A stretch of DNA of 64,000 nt from Nannocystis bainbridge (GTDB taxonomy: Bacteria > Myxococcota_A > Polyangia > Nannocystales > Nannocystaceae): assembly GCF_028368995.1 (NCBI RefSeq), contig NZ_JAQNDL010000005.1, forward strand, positions 224,001 to 288,000, in the 5' to 3' direction. Both the position numbers and the translations under genes were made by a program. A model generated the notes under the pieces. That model worked only from the letters and a program-made list of their open reading frames with translations. It was not told the origin of the DNA and did no database searches. This document shows positions 25,899-35,183 of this stretch, piece by piece (position 1 is the first letter of the stretch; each line of letters begins with the position of its first letter).

Positions 25899-27989
25899 TT
25901 GCTAGCGTGGGCGGCGATGCGAATGCGACCCGGTCCGGATCTGCGCGGAGGCCGCCAAACCGCTCATAACCCCTCCTGGGTGGGGATTGGCGGGCTTCTA
26001 ACGGCCCTGTGGCTGGGCGTTGCAGGTGTGGCTCACGGCGCACCGGCCGAGGAGCGCGAACGGATCGGGCCCCTCGAGGTCGCCGGCGGCGGTCGCGACC
26101 AGGTGCGAGGAGGGCGGCCGGATGGTGCCACGATCCACGAGACGCACGCGGGGCGGGCGGTCGACGCGGACGCGGCCGCGCGTGAGGACCTCGCCAGCTT
26201 CGAGCGCGGGGTGCTGGCGAACCCGCCGCGCGCCACGATCGAGAAGACCGCGCCCGAAAAGTGGATCGCCGCGCTCGCCCTGCCCGAGCTGCCGATCCGC
26301 TACGGCGCCAAGCTCGTCGAATATTTGCGCTTCTTCAAGGACGACGCCAAGGGCCAGGCGCTGATGCGCGGCTGGCTGCGGCGCATGAACCGCTACGAGC
26401 ACCTCCTGCGCCCGATCCTCAAGGAGGTCGGCGTGCCCGAGGATCTCGTGTTCGTCGCCATGGCGGAGAGCGGATTTCAGCCGCATCGGCGCTCGCGCGT
26501 GGGCGCCGCCGGCCTGTGGCAGTTCATGGAGCCGACCGGCAAGGTCTACGGGCTCGAGCAGAACTACTGGGTCGACGAGCGCCACGACATCGAGCGCTCG
26601 ACCTACGCCGCCGCCGCCTACCTCAAGGACCTGCGGGTCCGCTTCGGCTCGTGGGAGATGGCGCTGGCGGCCTTCAACGGCGGCTACGGCCTGGCGATGA
26701 CCGCGATCGCGCGCGCCAACAGCAACAACTTCTGGGCCCTGTGCGAGATCGAGAGCGGTCTGCCGCACGCGACCACCCTCTACGTGCCGAAGATCCTGGC
26801 CGCCGCGCTGGTCGGTCGCAACCGGGCCGCGTTCAAGCTCGGACCTGACCTTTCGGACAGCCTGCCCCCGATCCAGTTCGTCAAGGTCGACGTCCCGCCG
26901 GGCACCGCCCTCTCGACCGTGGCCAAGGCGATCGACGAGGACCCGGCGCTGATCGAGGAGCTCAACGCCCAGCTGATCCGCAAGCGGACCCCGCCCGGGC
27001 GCAGCTACCCGGTGCGGATCCCCAAGGCCAAGCTGGCCGCCTGGGACCGCGGCGGCGTGCGCGACGGCGCCGGCGCCGATCACATCCAGCACGTCGTCGC
27101 CTACGGCGAGACCGTCGTCGCCATCGCCGGGCGTTACGGCGCCACCGAGGCCCAGCTGCGCAAGCTCAACGGCCTCGAGGACAACGCCGAGCTCGAGCGC
27201 GGCGTCGTCCTGTTGGTCCCGCGCGGCTCGGCCGCCGCCGCACCTGCCTCTTCGGACAGGTTGCTCGTGCCCGCGCCCAAGGTCGCCGTGGGCCCCGACC
27301 AGCGGCTGGTGTTCTTCGCCGTCACCCGCTCGACCACTCCGCGCGGCCTGGCCGACGCCTTCGCGGTCCCGTGGGACAGCATCGTCGCCTGGAACGACCT
27401 CGACCCGCAGGCCCGGCTGCAGCCTGGCCAGGTGCTGCAGGTCGTCGTCCCGCGGGGCTTCGACGCCAGGGCCGCCAAGATCGTCGTGCTCGAGCAGAGC
27501 GCCGTCGACCTCGTGATCCGCGGCTCGCGGGAGCACCTCGAGGCCGGCCTCAAGCAGCGCGGCCTGCTGCGGCGCGGCTACAAGGCCAAGAAGGGCGACA
27601 CCCTCGAGAAGATCGGCAAGCGCTTCGACCTCACCGACGGCGACCTCGCGCGCATCAACGGCATCGACCGCAGCCACACCCCCGCGAACGGCGAGCTGCT
27701 GGTCGTCTACGTCAAGTCGGGCGACACCCGCGGCACCGTCGACGCTCCCGCCCCGCGCGGCAAGGTCGGCCCCGCCCCCGATGATTTGCGGGCCGACGAC
27801 GCCGCCGAGGATCTGAGCACCACCCGCTACGCCGCCACCGCCGACGACCCGAGCGCCGCCTCCGCCGTCGACAACCCGGTGCCCTCGACCGACGAGACCA
27901 ACTCCTTGCCTGGCAAGCGCGGCTGGTCCAAGCGCGGCAAGCACAAGACCACCCCGCCCAAGAAGACCAGCAAGAAGAAGTCCGGATGA
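25899..27989 (+). CDS. mltD: lytic transglycosylase (MltD-like) with LysM domains
   Basis: AMAESGF, GAAGLWQFM, VDERHD, LAAFNGG, YVPKILA; LysM repeats (GETVVAIAGRYG, GDTLEKIGKRF). Confidence 0.88.
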   Translation: MLAWAAMRMRPGPDLRGGRQTAHNPSWVGIGGLLTALWLGVAGVAHGAPAEERERIGPLEVAGGGRDQVRGGRPDGATIHETHAGRAVDADAAAREDLASFERGVLANPPRATIEKTAPEKWIAALALPELPIRYGAKLVEYLRFFKDDAKGQALMRGWLRRMNRYEHLLRPILKEVGVPEDLVFVAMAESGFQPHRRSRVGAAGLWQFMEPTGKVYGLEQNYWVDERHDIERSTYAAAAYLKDLRVRFGSWEMALAAFNGGYGLAMTAIARANSNNFWALCEIESGLPHATTLYVPKILAAALVGRNRAAFKLGPDLSDSLPPIQFVKVDVPPGTALSTVAKAIDEDPALIEELNAQLIRKRTPPGRSYPVRIPKAKLAAWDRGGVRDGAGADHIQHVVAYGETVVAIAGRYGATEAQLRKLNGLEDNAELERGVVLLVPRGSAAAAPASSDRLLVPAPKVAVGPDQRLVFFAVTRSTTPRGLADAFAVPWDSIVAWNDLDPQARLQPGQVLQVVVPRGFDARAAKIVVLEQSAVDLVIRGSREHLEAGLKQRGLLRRGYKAKKGDTLEKIGKRFDLTDGDLARINGIDRSHTPANGELLVVYVKSGDTRGTVDAPAPRGKVGPAPDDLRADDAAEDLSTTRYAATADDPSAASAVDNPVPSTDETNSLPGKRGWSKRGKHKTTPPKKTSKKKSG

Positions 27990-29257
27990 TCCCCGACGAC
28001 CTCGATCCCGCCGACGCCCTCGCGCACGTCCTGGCCGCCTGCGCCCCGCTGCCGGGCGAGCGGCGGGCCCTCCACGCCGCCCGCGGCCTCGTGCTCGCCG
28101 AGACCCTGCGCGCCCGCTGGGCCATGCCCGGGGCCGACGTCAGCACCATGGACGGCTGGGCCGTGCGCGCCGCGGACCTGTCCCCCGGGAAAGCCGATGC
28201 CGCGCCGCCCGTCGCCACCGACCTGTCCGCAGGGACAGCCGAGGTCGAGCTCGCGGTCATCGGCGAGAGCGCCGCCGGTCACCCCTCGCCGGCCGCCGTC
28301 GGCCCCGGCCAGGCCGCGCGGATCTCCACCGGCGCCGTCCTCCCGCCCGGGGCCGACGCCGTGGTCGCCCAGGAGGACGTGAAGCGCCACGGCGAGCGCC
28401 TGTGGATCGACCTCGCCCGCGCCGGACGGATCGGGCCTGGCCACTTCGTCCGCCGCGCCGGCAGCGACCTCGCGGCCGGGGTCGAGATCCTGTCCCCGGG
28501 GACAGCCCTGCGCGCCGGCGACCTCGCCCTCGCCGCCGGGGCCGGCCACGCCGACGTGCTTGTCCACCGGCCGCCGCGCGTCGCCGTCTTGTGCACCGGC
28601 GACGAGCTGGTCGACATCGGCTGTCCTCCGGGACATGGCCAGGTGGTCAGCAGCAACGGCCTCATGCTCGCCTGTCAGGCCGAGGCCGCCGGCGCCGAAG
28701 TGCGCGACCTCGGGCGCGTCGGCGACGAGCCCGAGGCGCTGCGCCGGGCCCTCGCCGACGCCGCCGCCAGCAGCGACGTCTTGCTCGTCAGCGGCGGGAT
28801 CTCCGTCGGCGACCACGACCTCGTCTGGCCGGCCCTGCTCGCTCTCGGCGCCCAGCCGATCTTCCGCCGCGTCCGCCTGCGCCCCGGCCGGCCGCTGGCG
28901 TTCGCGCGCCTCGGCGACACCCTCGTGTTCGCCTTGCCCGGCAACCCCGCCAGCACCTACGTCGGCTTCGAGCTGTTCACTCGCCCGGCCCTGCGCCGCC
29001 TCGGCGGCCACCTGCAGGTCGAGCGACCGCGCCGGCGGGTCATCCTCGCCGGCCCGGCCGAGGGCGCCGGCAAGCGCACCCACTGCGTCCGCGCCCGCCT
29101 GGTCGACGGCCGCGCCGAGCCGCTGCCGAGCCAGGTCTCCGGGGCCCTCACCTCTCTGCGCGCCTGCGACCTCCTGGTCCTCGTGCCCCCGGGCCCCGCG
29201 CTGCCGGCCGGCGCCGAGGCCGAGGCGCTGGTCCTCGCCGATCCAGGATCGACGTGA
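27986..29257 (+). CDS. moeA: molybdopterin molybdotransferase
   Basis: STMDGWAV, RISTGAVLPPGADAVVAQE, TGDEL, SGGISVGDHD, LPGNPAS. Confidence 0.93.
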   Translation: MIPDDLDPADALAHVLAACAPLPGERRALHAARGLVLAETLRARWAMPGADVSTMDGWAVRAADLSPGKADAAPPVATDLSAGTAEVELAVIGESAAGHPSPAAVGPGQAARISTGAVLPPGADAVVAQEDVKRHGERLWIDLARAGRIGPGHFVRRAGSDLAAGVEILSPGTALRAGDLALAAGAGHADVLVHRPPRVAVLCTGDELVDIGCPPGHGQVVSSNGLMLACQAEAAGAEVRDLGRVGDEPEALRRALADAAASSDVLLVSGGISVGDHDLVWPALLALGAQPIFRRVRLRPGRPLAFARLGDTLVFALPGNPASTYVGFELFTRPALRRLGGHLQVERPRRRVILAGPAEGAGKRTHCVRARLVDGRAEPLPSQVSGALTSLRACDLLVLVPPGPALPAGAEAEALVLADPGST

Positions 29258-30396
29258 CGCGCCGCCGGACAGGTCCCGAAGGGCATGCTCATGGGGACAT
29301 GCCCGAGAGGCCATGTCCTCCCGAGCCTGCTCCAAAGAGCATGCCCAATCAGTCATGTCCCCACGGGCAGGTCCGCCCGGCCGGCGGCGCCAGCGAGTCC
29401 GCCGCGTCTGGGCCCGCCCTCGCCTCTTTCGCTACCGCCACCCCTGCAGTTCCTCCTGCTGCGCCCCCGCGCCCCACCGCGGCCTCGAGCCTCGTCTGCA
29501 CCGCCGAGCCCGACGACGATGGCGAGCGCGCCGACGTCGTCCTCGGTCGACGCCTCCCTGGCCTGTCGCGGCGGATCGCCCGGGAGCTCGCGCTGGCTGG
29601 CCGGCTCACCGTCGACGGCCAGCGGGCCCCGCCGTCGCACCGCGTTCGCGCCGGCGAGCGCCTCGAACTCGCGGCCCCTGCCGCGCCCGCGCCCCGCGTC
29701 GACGCCCCCGATCTGCTCGCGGTCACCGACGCCTTCGTCTACGTCGTCAAGCCGGCCGGCCTGCACACCCACCGGCTCCGGCCCGGCGATCCGCCCGCCC
29801 TGGCCGATCGGGTCGCCCTCGCCTTCCCCGAGTGCGCCGCCGCCGGCCTCGACCCGCGCGAGGGCGGCGCGGTCCACCGCCTCGACCGCGGCACCTCCGG
29901 CGTCGTCGCCTTCGCCCGCACCCGTGACGCCTTCTTCGCCGCCCGCGACGCTTTTGCCGCCGCCCGCGTCGGCAAGCGCTACATGGCCGTCACGACATGT
30001 CCTATGGGCCATGTCTGGCCGCCCGCCCCGGCCCCATGGATCGCGTCGCTCGGCCCCGCCCTCGTCGAGGTCGACGCCCCGCTCGGCCCCGGCTCCGGCC
30101 GCGACCGCATGGCCGTGCGCTCCACCGGCCAGCCCGCCCGCACCCGCGTCGAGCCCCACGGCCCGCCGGGCCCGCGCAGGCTTTGGTCGCTCGAGCTGCT
30201 GACCGGCCGCCGCCACCAGGCGCGCGTCCACCTCGCCTGGCTCGGCCTGCCGATCGTCGGCGACGCGCTCTACGGCGGCGAACCTGCCGACCGCCTCTAC
30301 CTGCACGCCCTGCGCCTCGATCTCTCGGCCGCGATCGCCAGCGAATCGCCGATCACCGCCCCTCTGCCGCCCGAGTTCACGGCCGCGCTCGGCTGA
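29254..30396 (+). CDS. RluA-family pseudouridine synthase with S4 domain (start uncertain)
   Basis: KPAGL, VHRLDRGTSG, TGRRHQARVHLA..PIVGDALYG, LYLHA. Confidence 0.9.
   Translation: MTRRRTGPEGHAHGDMPERPCPPEPAPKSMPNQSCPHGQVRPAGGASESAASGPALASFATATPAVPPAAPPRPTAASSLVCTAEPDDDGERADVVLGRRLPGLSRRIARELALAGRLTVDGQRAPPSHRVRAGERLELAAPAAPAPRVDAPDLLAVTDAFVYVVKPAGLHTHRLRPGDPPALADRVALAFPECAAAGLDPREGGAVHRLDRGTSGVVAFARTRDAFFAARDAFAAARVGKRYMAVTTCPMGHVWPPAPAPWIASLGPALVEVDAPLGPGSGRDRMAVRSTGQPARTRVEPHGPPGPRRLWSLELLTGRRHQARVHLAWLGLPIVGDALYGGEPADRLYLHALRLDLSAAIASESPITAPLPPEFTAALG
29267..29373. repeat. eight-unit 14-bp-phased palindrome array at the moeA/RluA-family gene junction
   Basis: Cores acaggt, gcatgc, acatgc, ccatgt, gcctgc, gcatgc, tcatgt, gcaggt, each separated by exactly 8 nt. 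Confidence 0.8.
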
Positions 30397-30409
30397 GCCA
30401 CGCTGCCCT

Positions 30410-30663
30410 CTATCCCTCGTGGGATTGGGTCGCTAACAGCACGTAGCCGGCGACCGTGAGCAGCACGAACCCCCCGAGCGCGAACACTGCACGCCGGACG
30501 TGGAGGTCGTCGTCCGACCGGGCTGTCTGCCAGGTAGACCAGCATCGTGTGCGCGTAGGGCACCAGGTTGGCGTGCTGCCACGACAGCACGGCGAGCGCC
30601 CCGACCCAGGCCAGGAAGCCGAGGCCGATCGGCGCCAGGAAGTTGGCGAAGCGCAGGCTCATC
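30410..30663 (-). pseudogene. possible frameshifted small membrane-protein gene
   Basis: MSLRFANFLAPIGLGFLAWVGALAVL..YLADS continues in another frame as DDDLHVRRAVFALGGFVLLTVAGYVLLATQSHEG*; frameshift near 30520. Confidence 0.35.
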
Positions 30664-30901
30664 AAAGACTGGGCGGCGACATCGGCAGGCAGTCGACGAA
30701 GCAATCCGCCGTATCTGCCGCGAACGTGCCGAGCGGCAGCGACGCCCGCGCTGCATCGAGTGCGGGCAGATCTCGGAAGTCTGCGCCCGCCTACTCGCTT
30801 GCCCAACCGATTAGCGCCCGTGTCTGGGCCTGGGATGAATTCGATTTTGCAGGGCTCTCGATCATCTTGCTCGCTCGCCCAGGCGGGCCTCTTCTCTGCC
30901 T

Positions 30902-31447
30902 TCTACGCTCTTGCTCCGACACCTCGCCCCCGAGCGCTCTACTTCCTTGCTGCAACCATCTCGCACCGCGCTCGCCTACTCGCTTGCCCAGGCGGACCTC
31001 TTCTGCGCTCTTGCTGCAAGGCCTCACACGCCGAGCGCTCTACCTACTTGCTGCATCACCGTGCGCTGCCCTCGCCCCCGCCTTCGCCTCCTCGCTTGCC
31101 CCGAGGCGGACCTCTTCTACTTCTACGCTCTTGCTTCCACCCCTCGCACGCCGAGCGCTCTACTTCCTTGCTGCATCGACGCGCCGCGCTCGCTACTCGC
31201 GTGGCCAACTACGCTTCCTCTACGCTCTTGCTTTGATGTCGCACGCCGAGTGCTCGACTTCCTCGCTGCACCGACCATGCTCTCGCTACCGCCCTCGCTG
31301 CCCCAAGCTCTTCTACGAGCTTGCTTCGATGCCTCGCAAACCGAGCGCTCTACTTCCTTGCTGCACCGACGCGCCGCACTTGGCCCGCTGCGCCTCGTCT
31401 ACGCTCTTGCTTCAACACCCCGCACGCCGAGCGCTCTACTCCCTCGC
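30902..31447. repeat. six-unit degenerate repeat array (about 53-bp core, variable linkers)
   Basis: Core TCTACGCTCTTGCT-N~8-CGCACGCCGAGCGCTCTACTTCCTTGCTGCA at about 30902, 31002, 31122, 31219, 31312, 31398. Confidence 0.85.
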
Positions 31448-31486
31448 CCCAGGCCCTCGCAACCCGAATTCCAACCCATCCCCGCG

Positions 31487-32098
31487 TCACCCCGCCAGCA
31501 CCGGCGCCCGATAGGGCCCATGCCTGTAGTATTTCGGCCGCGCGTCGAGCCGCACGTGCAGCCACGGCACCGCGCCCCCTGACGTGCTCAGCCACAGCCC
31601 CGCCGGACTGCGGGCCCACGCCGCCTTCAGCGCCGCCCCGACCGCCTGCCACAGCGCATCCACCTGCCGCTCCGGGCCACTCCGCAAGAACGCCGCCAGG
31701 TGGCCGTACGCCGCGTAATCCGTTCGCGCGCGTGGCACCACCAGCACCGCGTCGCCGCCGAGGTTGGCGAACGTGCACACCTCCTCTTCTTCGTCGCGCT
31801 CGAGGTGCTCCGCGAACGCCACGGGCGACGGCTCGGCGCGCGACAGCTGAGGCGCCGACACCACCACCATCTCGAACGGCGACGCCGTCGACCTCGCCGA
31901 CACCGCCGGCGTCTCCCAGACGAACGCCGCGAACGGGCTCGCTGCCAGCGTCTCGGTGAGCACCGATCGCAGCGCCCGATCGGCCTGCAGACCGGCCGCC
32001 AGCGCCGCCCAGGACACCGCCGTATCGCCTGATAGCAGCCGATGACGGCGCGACTCGCCAGCCACGGGCTCGCACGTGAACCTGAACGGAGCGGTCAC
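31487..32098 (-). CDS. conserved hypothetical protein (DUF6940-like)
   Basis: FVWETP, FANLGGDAVLVVP, YGHLAAFLR, WLSTSGGAVPWLHVRLDARPKYY. Confidence 0.75.
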   Translation of the reverse strand: MTAPFRFTCEPVAGESRRHRLLSGDTAVSWAALAAGLQADRALRSVLTETLAASPFAAFVWETPAVSARSTASPFEMVVVSAPQLSRAEPSPVAFAEHLERDEEEEVCTFANLGGDAVLVVPRARTDYAAYGHLAAFLRSGPERQVDALWQAVGAALKAAWARSPAGLWLSTSGGAVPWLHVRLDARPKYYRHGPYRAPVLAG

Positions 32099-32221
32099 GC
32101 CGCGACTCTAGCACGCACCGCCAGCCTGACCGATCGGACAGGCGCTGCGCGACGACCGGACGCGCCGCGCTGCGGCATCAGAAAGTTCGGAGCGCGCCTC
32201 TGCGGCGTGTATGCTTCACGA

Positions 32222-33049
32222 ATGCGAACCCGGCACTTCGGCGCGACCGACCCTGGTTTGCGGCGGGAGCACAACGAGGACGCCTTCCTCGCCGACGAGC
32301 AGCTCGGGCTCTTCATCGTCTGCGACGGCGTCGGCGGGCGGGCCTTCGGCGAGGTCGCGGCCCAGGAGACCGTCGAAATCATCTGGGAGTGGGTCAAGCG
32401 CGACGCCGCCACGGTCGCCGTCGCCACCGACGAGGTCCGGGTCGCGCGGCGCATGGTCGTGCACGCGCGGCCGCTGCCCGGCCCGCAGGTGTGGCTCTCG
32501 CCCGCCTCCGTCGCCCGGCTCGGCGCGCTGATCCGCGGCGCGTTGCAGAACGCCTGCTACCTGGTCCACGGCATGGCCGAGGTCGACGCCAACTACTCGG
32601 GCATGAGCACCACCGCCTCCGTCGTGCTCATCGCCGGCGAGCTGGCGATCGTCGGCCAGGTCGGCGACTCGCGCGTCTACCTCGCGCGCGGCGACGACGT
32701 CCGCCAGCTCACCGAGGATCACACCCTGCTCAACATGCAGGTCAAGCAGGGCCTCGTCAGCCCCGAGCAGGCGCGCGGGCGCAAGAGCCAGATCACCCGC
32801 GCGATCGGCCTCCACGACTTCGTCGAGGTCGACATCCTGGCCTTCCCGCTGCAGATCGGCGACCGCCTGCTGCTGTGCTCCGACGGCCTCCACGAGTACC
32901 TCGACAGCGCCGACACCTTGACCGATCTGTTCCAGCGCGACGCCCGCGACGCCGCCCCGGCCGCCATCGCCCACGCCAACACGTGCGGCGGCAAGGACAA
33001 CATCACCGCCCTGTTCGTCGAGATCCTGGACAGCGCCCGCGGCCCCTGA
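32222..33049 (+). CDS. PP2C-family Ser/Thr protein phosphatase
   Basis: GLRREHNED, VCDGVGG, MSTT, VGDSRVY, TEDH, LCSDGL, GGKDNIT. Confidence 0.93.
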   Translation: MRTRHFGATDPGLRREHNEDAFLADEQLGLFIVCDGVGGRAFGEVAAQETVEIIWEWVKRDAATVAVATDEVRVARRMVVHARPLPGPQVWLSPASVARLGALIRGALQNACYLVHGMAEVDANYSGMSTTASVVLIAGELAIVGQVGDSRVYLARGDDVRQLTEDHTLLNMQVKQGLVSPEQARGRKSQITRAIGLHDFVEVDILAFPLQIGDRLLLCSDGLHEYLDSADTLTDLFQRDARDAAPAAIAHANTCGGKDNITALFVEILDSARGP

Positions 33050-33337
33050 CCGCCCGCGTGAAGAGGTCGTCGACCCGCAAGCACCGCACAGCCACGGTCG
33101 AGGTCGCTCTGGAACCGACCTGTCCCTTCCGCCAGCCCCACGCCCGCGCCGAACGAGGGTCCGCGCGCGCCCGGGCCGAATCGCCTCGCTCGGCAATGTA
33201 CACACCTGTCCCACAGGACACATGATCCTCGCGCGGCCGCGCGCCACCGCCGAGCCCGGCCCGTCCTCCGCCGCCGCCGTGTGCAGCCGTTTACGCGTCT
33301 TCTCAGCGCCCGCGGATGCGGCTGAAATGACCGGACT

Positions 33338-35062
33338 ATGCGCCTCGCCGCCCCTGCCTCCGCCCTGGCCTTGCTCGGACTCGTCCTCCTGCCCGCGTGC
33401 GGCGACGACCAGCCGGCGACGACCGAGAGCACCAGCGACACCGCCGGCACCAGCGAGACGACCACCGAAGACGCGACCGCGACCGCGCCGACCACTGAAG
33501 GGCCGACCTCGACCACCGTCGCGCCGACTACCACCACCCCCGGCACGACCACCGAGGCGGTGACCAGCACCACCGACGGCACCGCGACGGACGGCACCGA
33601 CACCGACACCACCACCGGTGAGCCCGTCGCGCTGTGCGAGCGGCTCGGCGGCGAGGCCGGCGTCGGCGAGCTCGTCGACGCCGCGCTGGCCGTCGTGCTG
33701 AGCGACGACAAGGTCAACGGCTACTTCCTTAACAGCGACGTCGACGGCGGCAACCTCCGCACCTGTCTGATCAAGCAGCTCGGTCAGGTCGCCGGCTGTC
33801 CCGGCGTCGAGTACGACTGCCTCGACATGAAGACCGCTCATGCCGGCATGGGCATCTCGGCCGCCGACTTCATGGACTTCGCGCTCGACTTCTCGACCGC
33901 GCTCGACACCCACCAGGCCGCCCACCCCGACCTCGGCGACGCCGACAAGACCGCCATCCTCGACGTCCTCGGCGGCCTCGCGCCCGACATCGTCGAGGAC
34001 GCCAGCAACGACGCCACCGTCTACCAGCGCGTCGGTCGCAAGCCGGCGATCGAGACCCTCGTCGGCGCGCCCGGCCAGGCCGGCTCGTTCGTCGACAACG
34101 TCGCCAACGACGCCGTCATCAACGGCTTCTTCGGCGGCACCGACTTCGAGCGCCTCAACACCTGTCTCACGCGCCAGGTCGGCGGCATCGACGGGCCCAC
34201 CAAGTACGGCCTCGAGGTCGACGCCCCTGACGGCGTCGATCCGGGCGTCGGCGTCGGCAACGAGTGTCAGACCATGGCCGTCAGCCACGCCGGCCTGGTC
34301 GACGCCGACGACAACGTCGGCATCGACATCAACGACTTCGGGGCCCTCGTCACCGATCTCGTCACCGCCATGGAGGCCGCCGGCGTCGCCCAGACCGACC
34401 AGGAGGCGATCCTCGCCGTGCTCGGGCCGATGTGCGAGGACATCCTCGCGCCCGAGTTCAAGAACCAGTGCCCCGGCGCCAACAAGGTCGAGACGCTCGA
34501 GGCCGTGAACCTCGCCATGCCGATCCCCGACGACGGCTACGACGGCTCGCTCGCCAGCATGGCCTGCGCGATGTTCGAAGCGCCCGACGACGGCATCAAC
34601 TTCATCGCCGGGGTGGAGGTCAGCATCGCCGCCGATCACACCTACGTCGGCGACCTCATCATCAAGCTCCAGGGCCCCGACGGCACCGTCACCACCATCC
34701 TCAGCCGCCCCGGCCTCGCCGAGCCGCTCGACGGTCAGGGCGCCTGCTGCGGCGACAACTCCAACATCGTCCAGTCGTCGCCGCTGCTGTTCAAGAACGG
34801 CGGGCTCACCGACGCCGAGCTGCTCGGCGCCGGCGTGCCCGACACCAACGACGTCGTGTGCGTCGACGAGCCCCAGCCCATCACCTGCGAGTTCCACCCC
34901 AACCCCGGCGCCGGCCCCGGCATGGACCTCGACGATTTCCTCGGCCTGGCCGCGAAGGGCTCGTGGCGCGTGTGTGTGGGCGACGCCGGCGGCGGGGACA
35001 CGGGCACCCTGCACGGCGTCACCCTCGTGATCGAGAAGGTCAAGTTCGACCCGACGCCCTGA
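33338..35062 (+). CDS. lipoprotein with two group-I truncated-haemoglobin domains and a proprotein-convertase P-domain
   Basis: LLPAC lipobox, Thr linker; LCERLGG..MKTAHAGMGI..DF; VYQRVG..MAVSHAGL..DFGALV; P-domain IADHTYVGDLIIKL..GSWRVCVGD..DTGTL. Confidence 0.85.
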   Translation: MRLAAPASALALLGLVLLPACGDDQPATTESTSDTAGTSETTTEDATATAPTTEGPTSTTVAPTTTTPGTTTEAVTSTTDGTATDGTDTDTTTGEPVALCERLGGEAGVGELVDAALAVVLSDDKVNGYFLNSDVDGGNLRTCLIKQLGQVAGCPGVEYDCLDMKTAHAGMGISAADFMDFALDFSTALDTHQAAHPDLGDADKTAILDVLGGLAPDIVEDASNDATVYQRVGRKPAIETLVGAPGQAGSFVDNVANDAVINGFFGGTDFERLNTCLTRQVGGIDGPTKYGLEVDAPDGVDPGVGVGNECQTMAVSHAGLVDADDNVGIDINDFGALVTDLVTAMEAAGVAQTDQEAILAVLGPMCEDILAPEFKNQCPGANKVETLEAVNLAMPIPDDGYDGSLASMACAMFEAPDDGINFIAGVEVSIAADHTYVGDLIIKLQGPDGTVTTILSRPGLAEPLDGQGACCGDNSNIVQSSPLLFKNGGLTDAELLGAGVPDTNDVVCVDEPQPITCEFHPNPGAGPGMDLDDFLGLAAKGSWRVCVGDAGGGDTGTLHGVTLVIEKVKFDPTP

Positions 35063-35183
35063 GCCGCGCCACCATGCACGGCGCTGGCGAAGCCGCGCGC
35101 GACCGCTCGCCGCGAACGCCCGCGCTCGCAAAGGCACCGCCCGCGGGCTTGACGACCGCCGCGCAGCCCGCTGTCCTGGGCGA

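Noticed and set aside
30902-31447. CRISPR array
   Set aside because: Repeats are long (~53 bp) and degenerate, linkers vary widely in length and are partly homologous to each other, and there are no cas genes
30456-31959. Plus-strand ORFs across the repeat array
   Set aside because: Repeat units are not in a constant frame and translations are low-complexity with no codon bias
33420-33620. ACC/ACG-rich repeats in lipoprotein genes (also near 4700-4850, 41020, 45650-45840)
   Set aside because: They encode Thr-rich linkers typical of these lipoproteins and are not independent DNA elements
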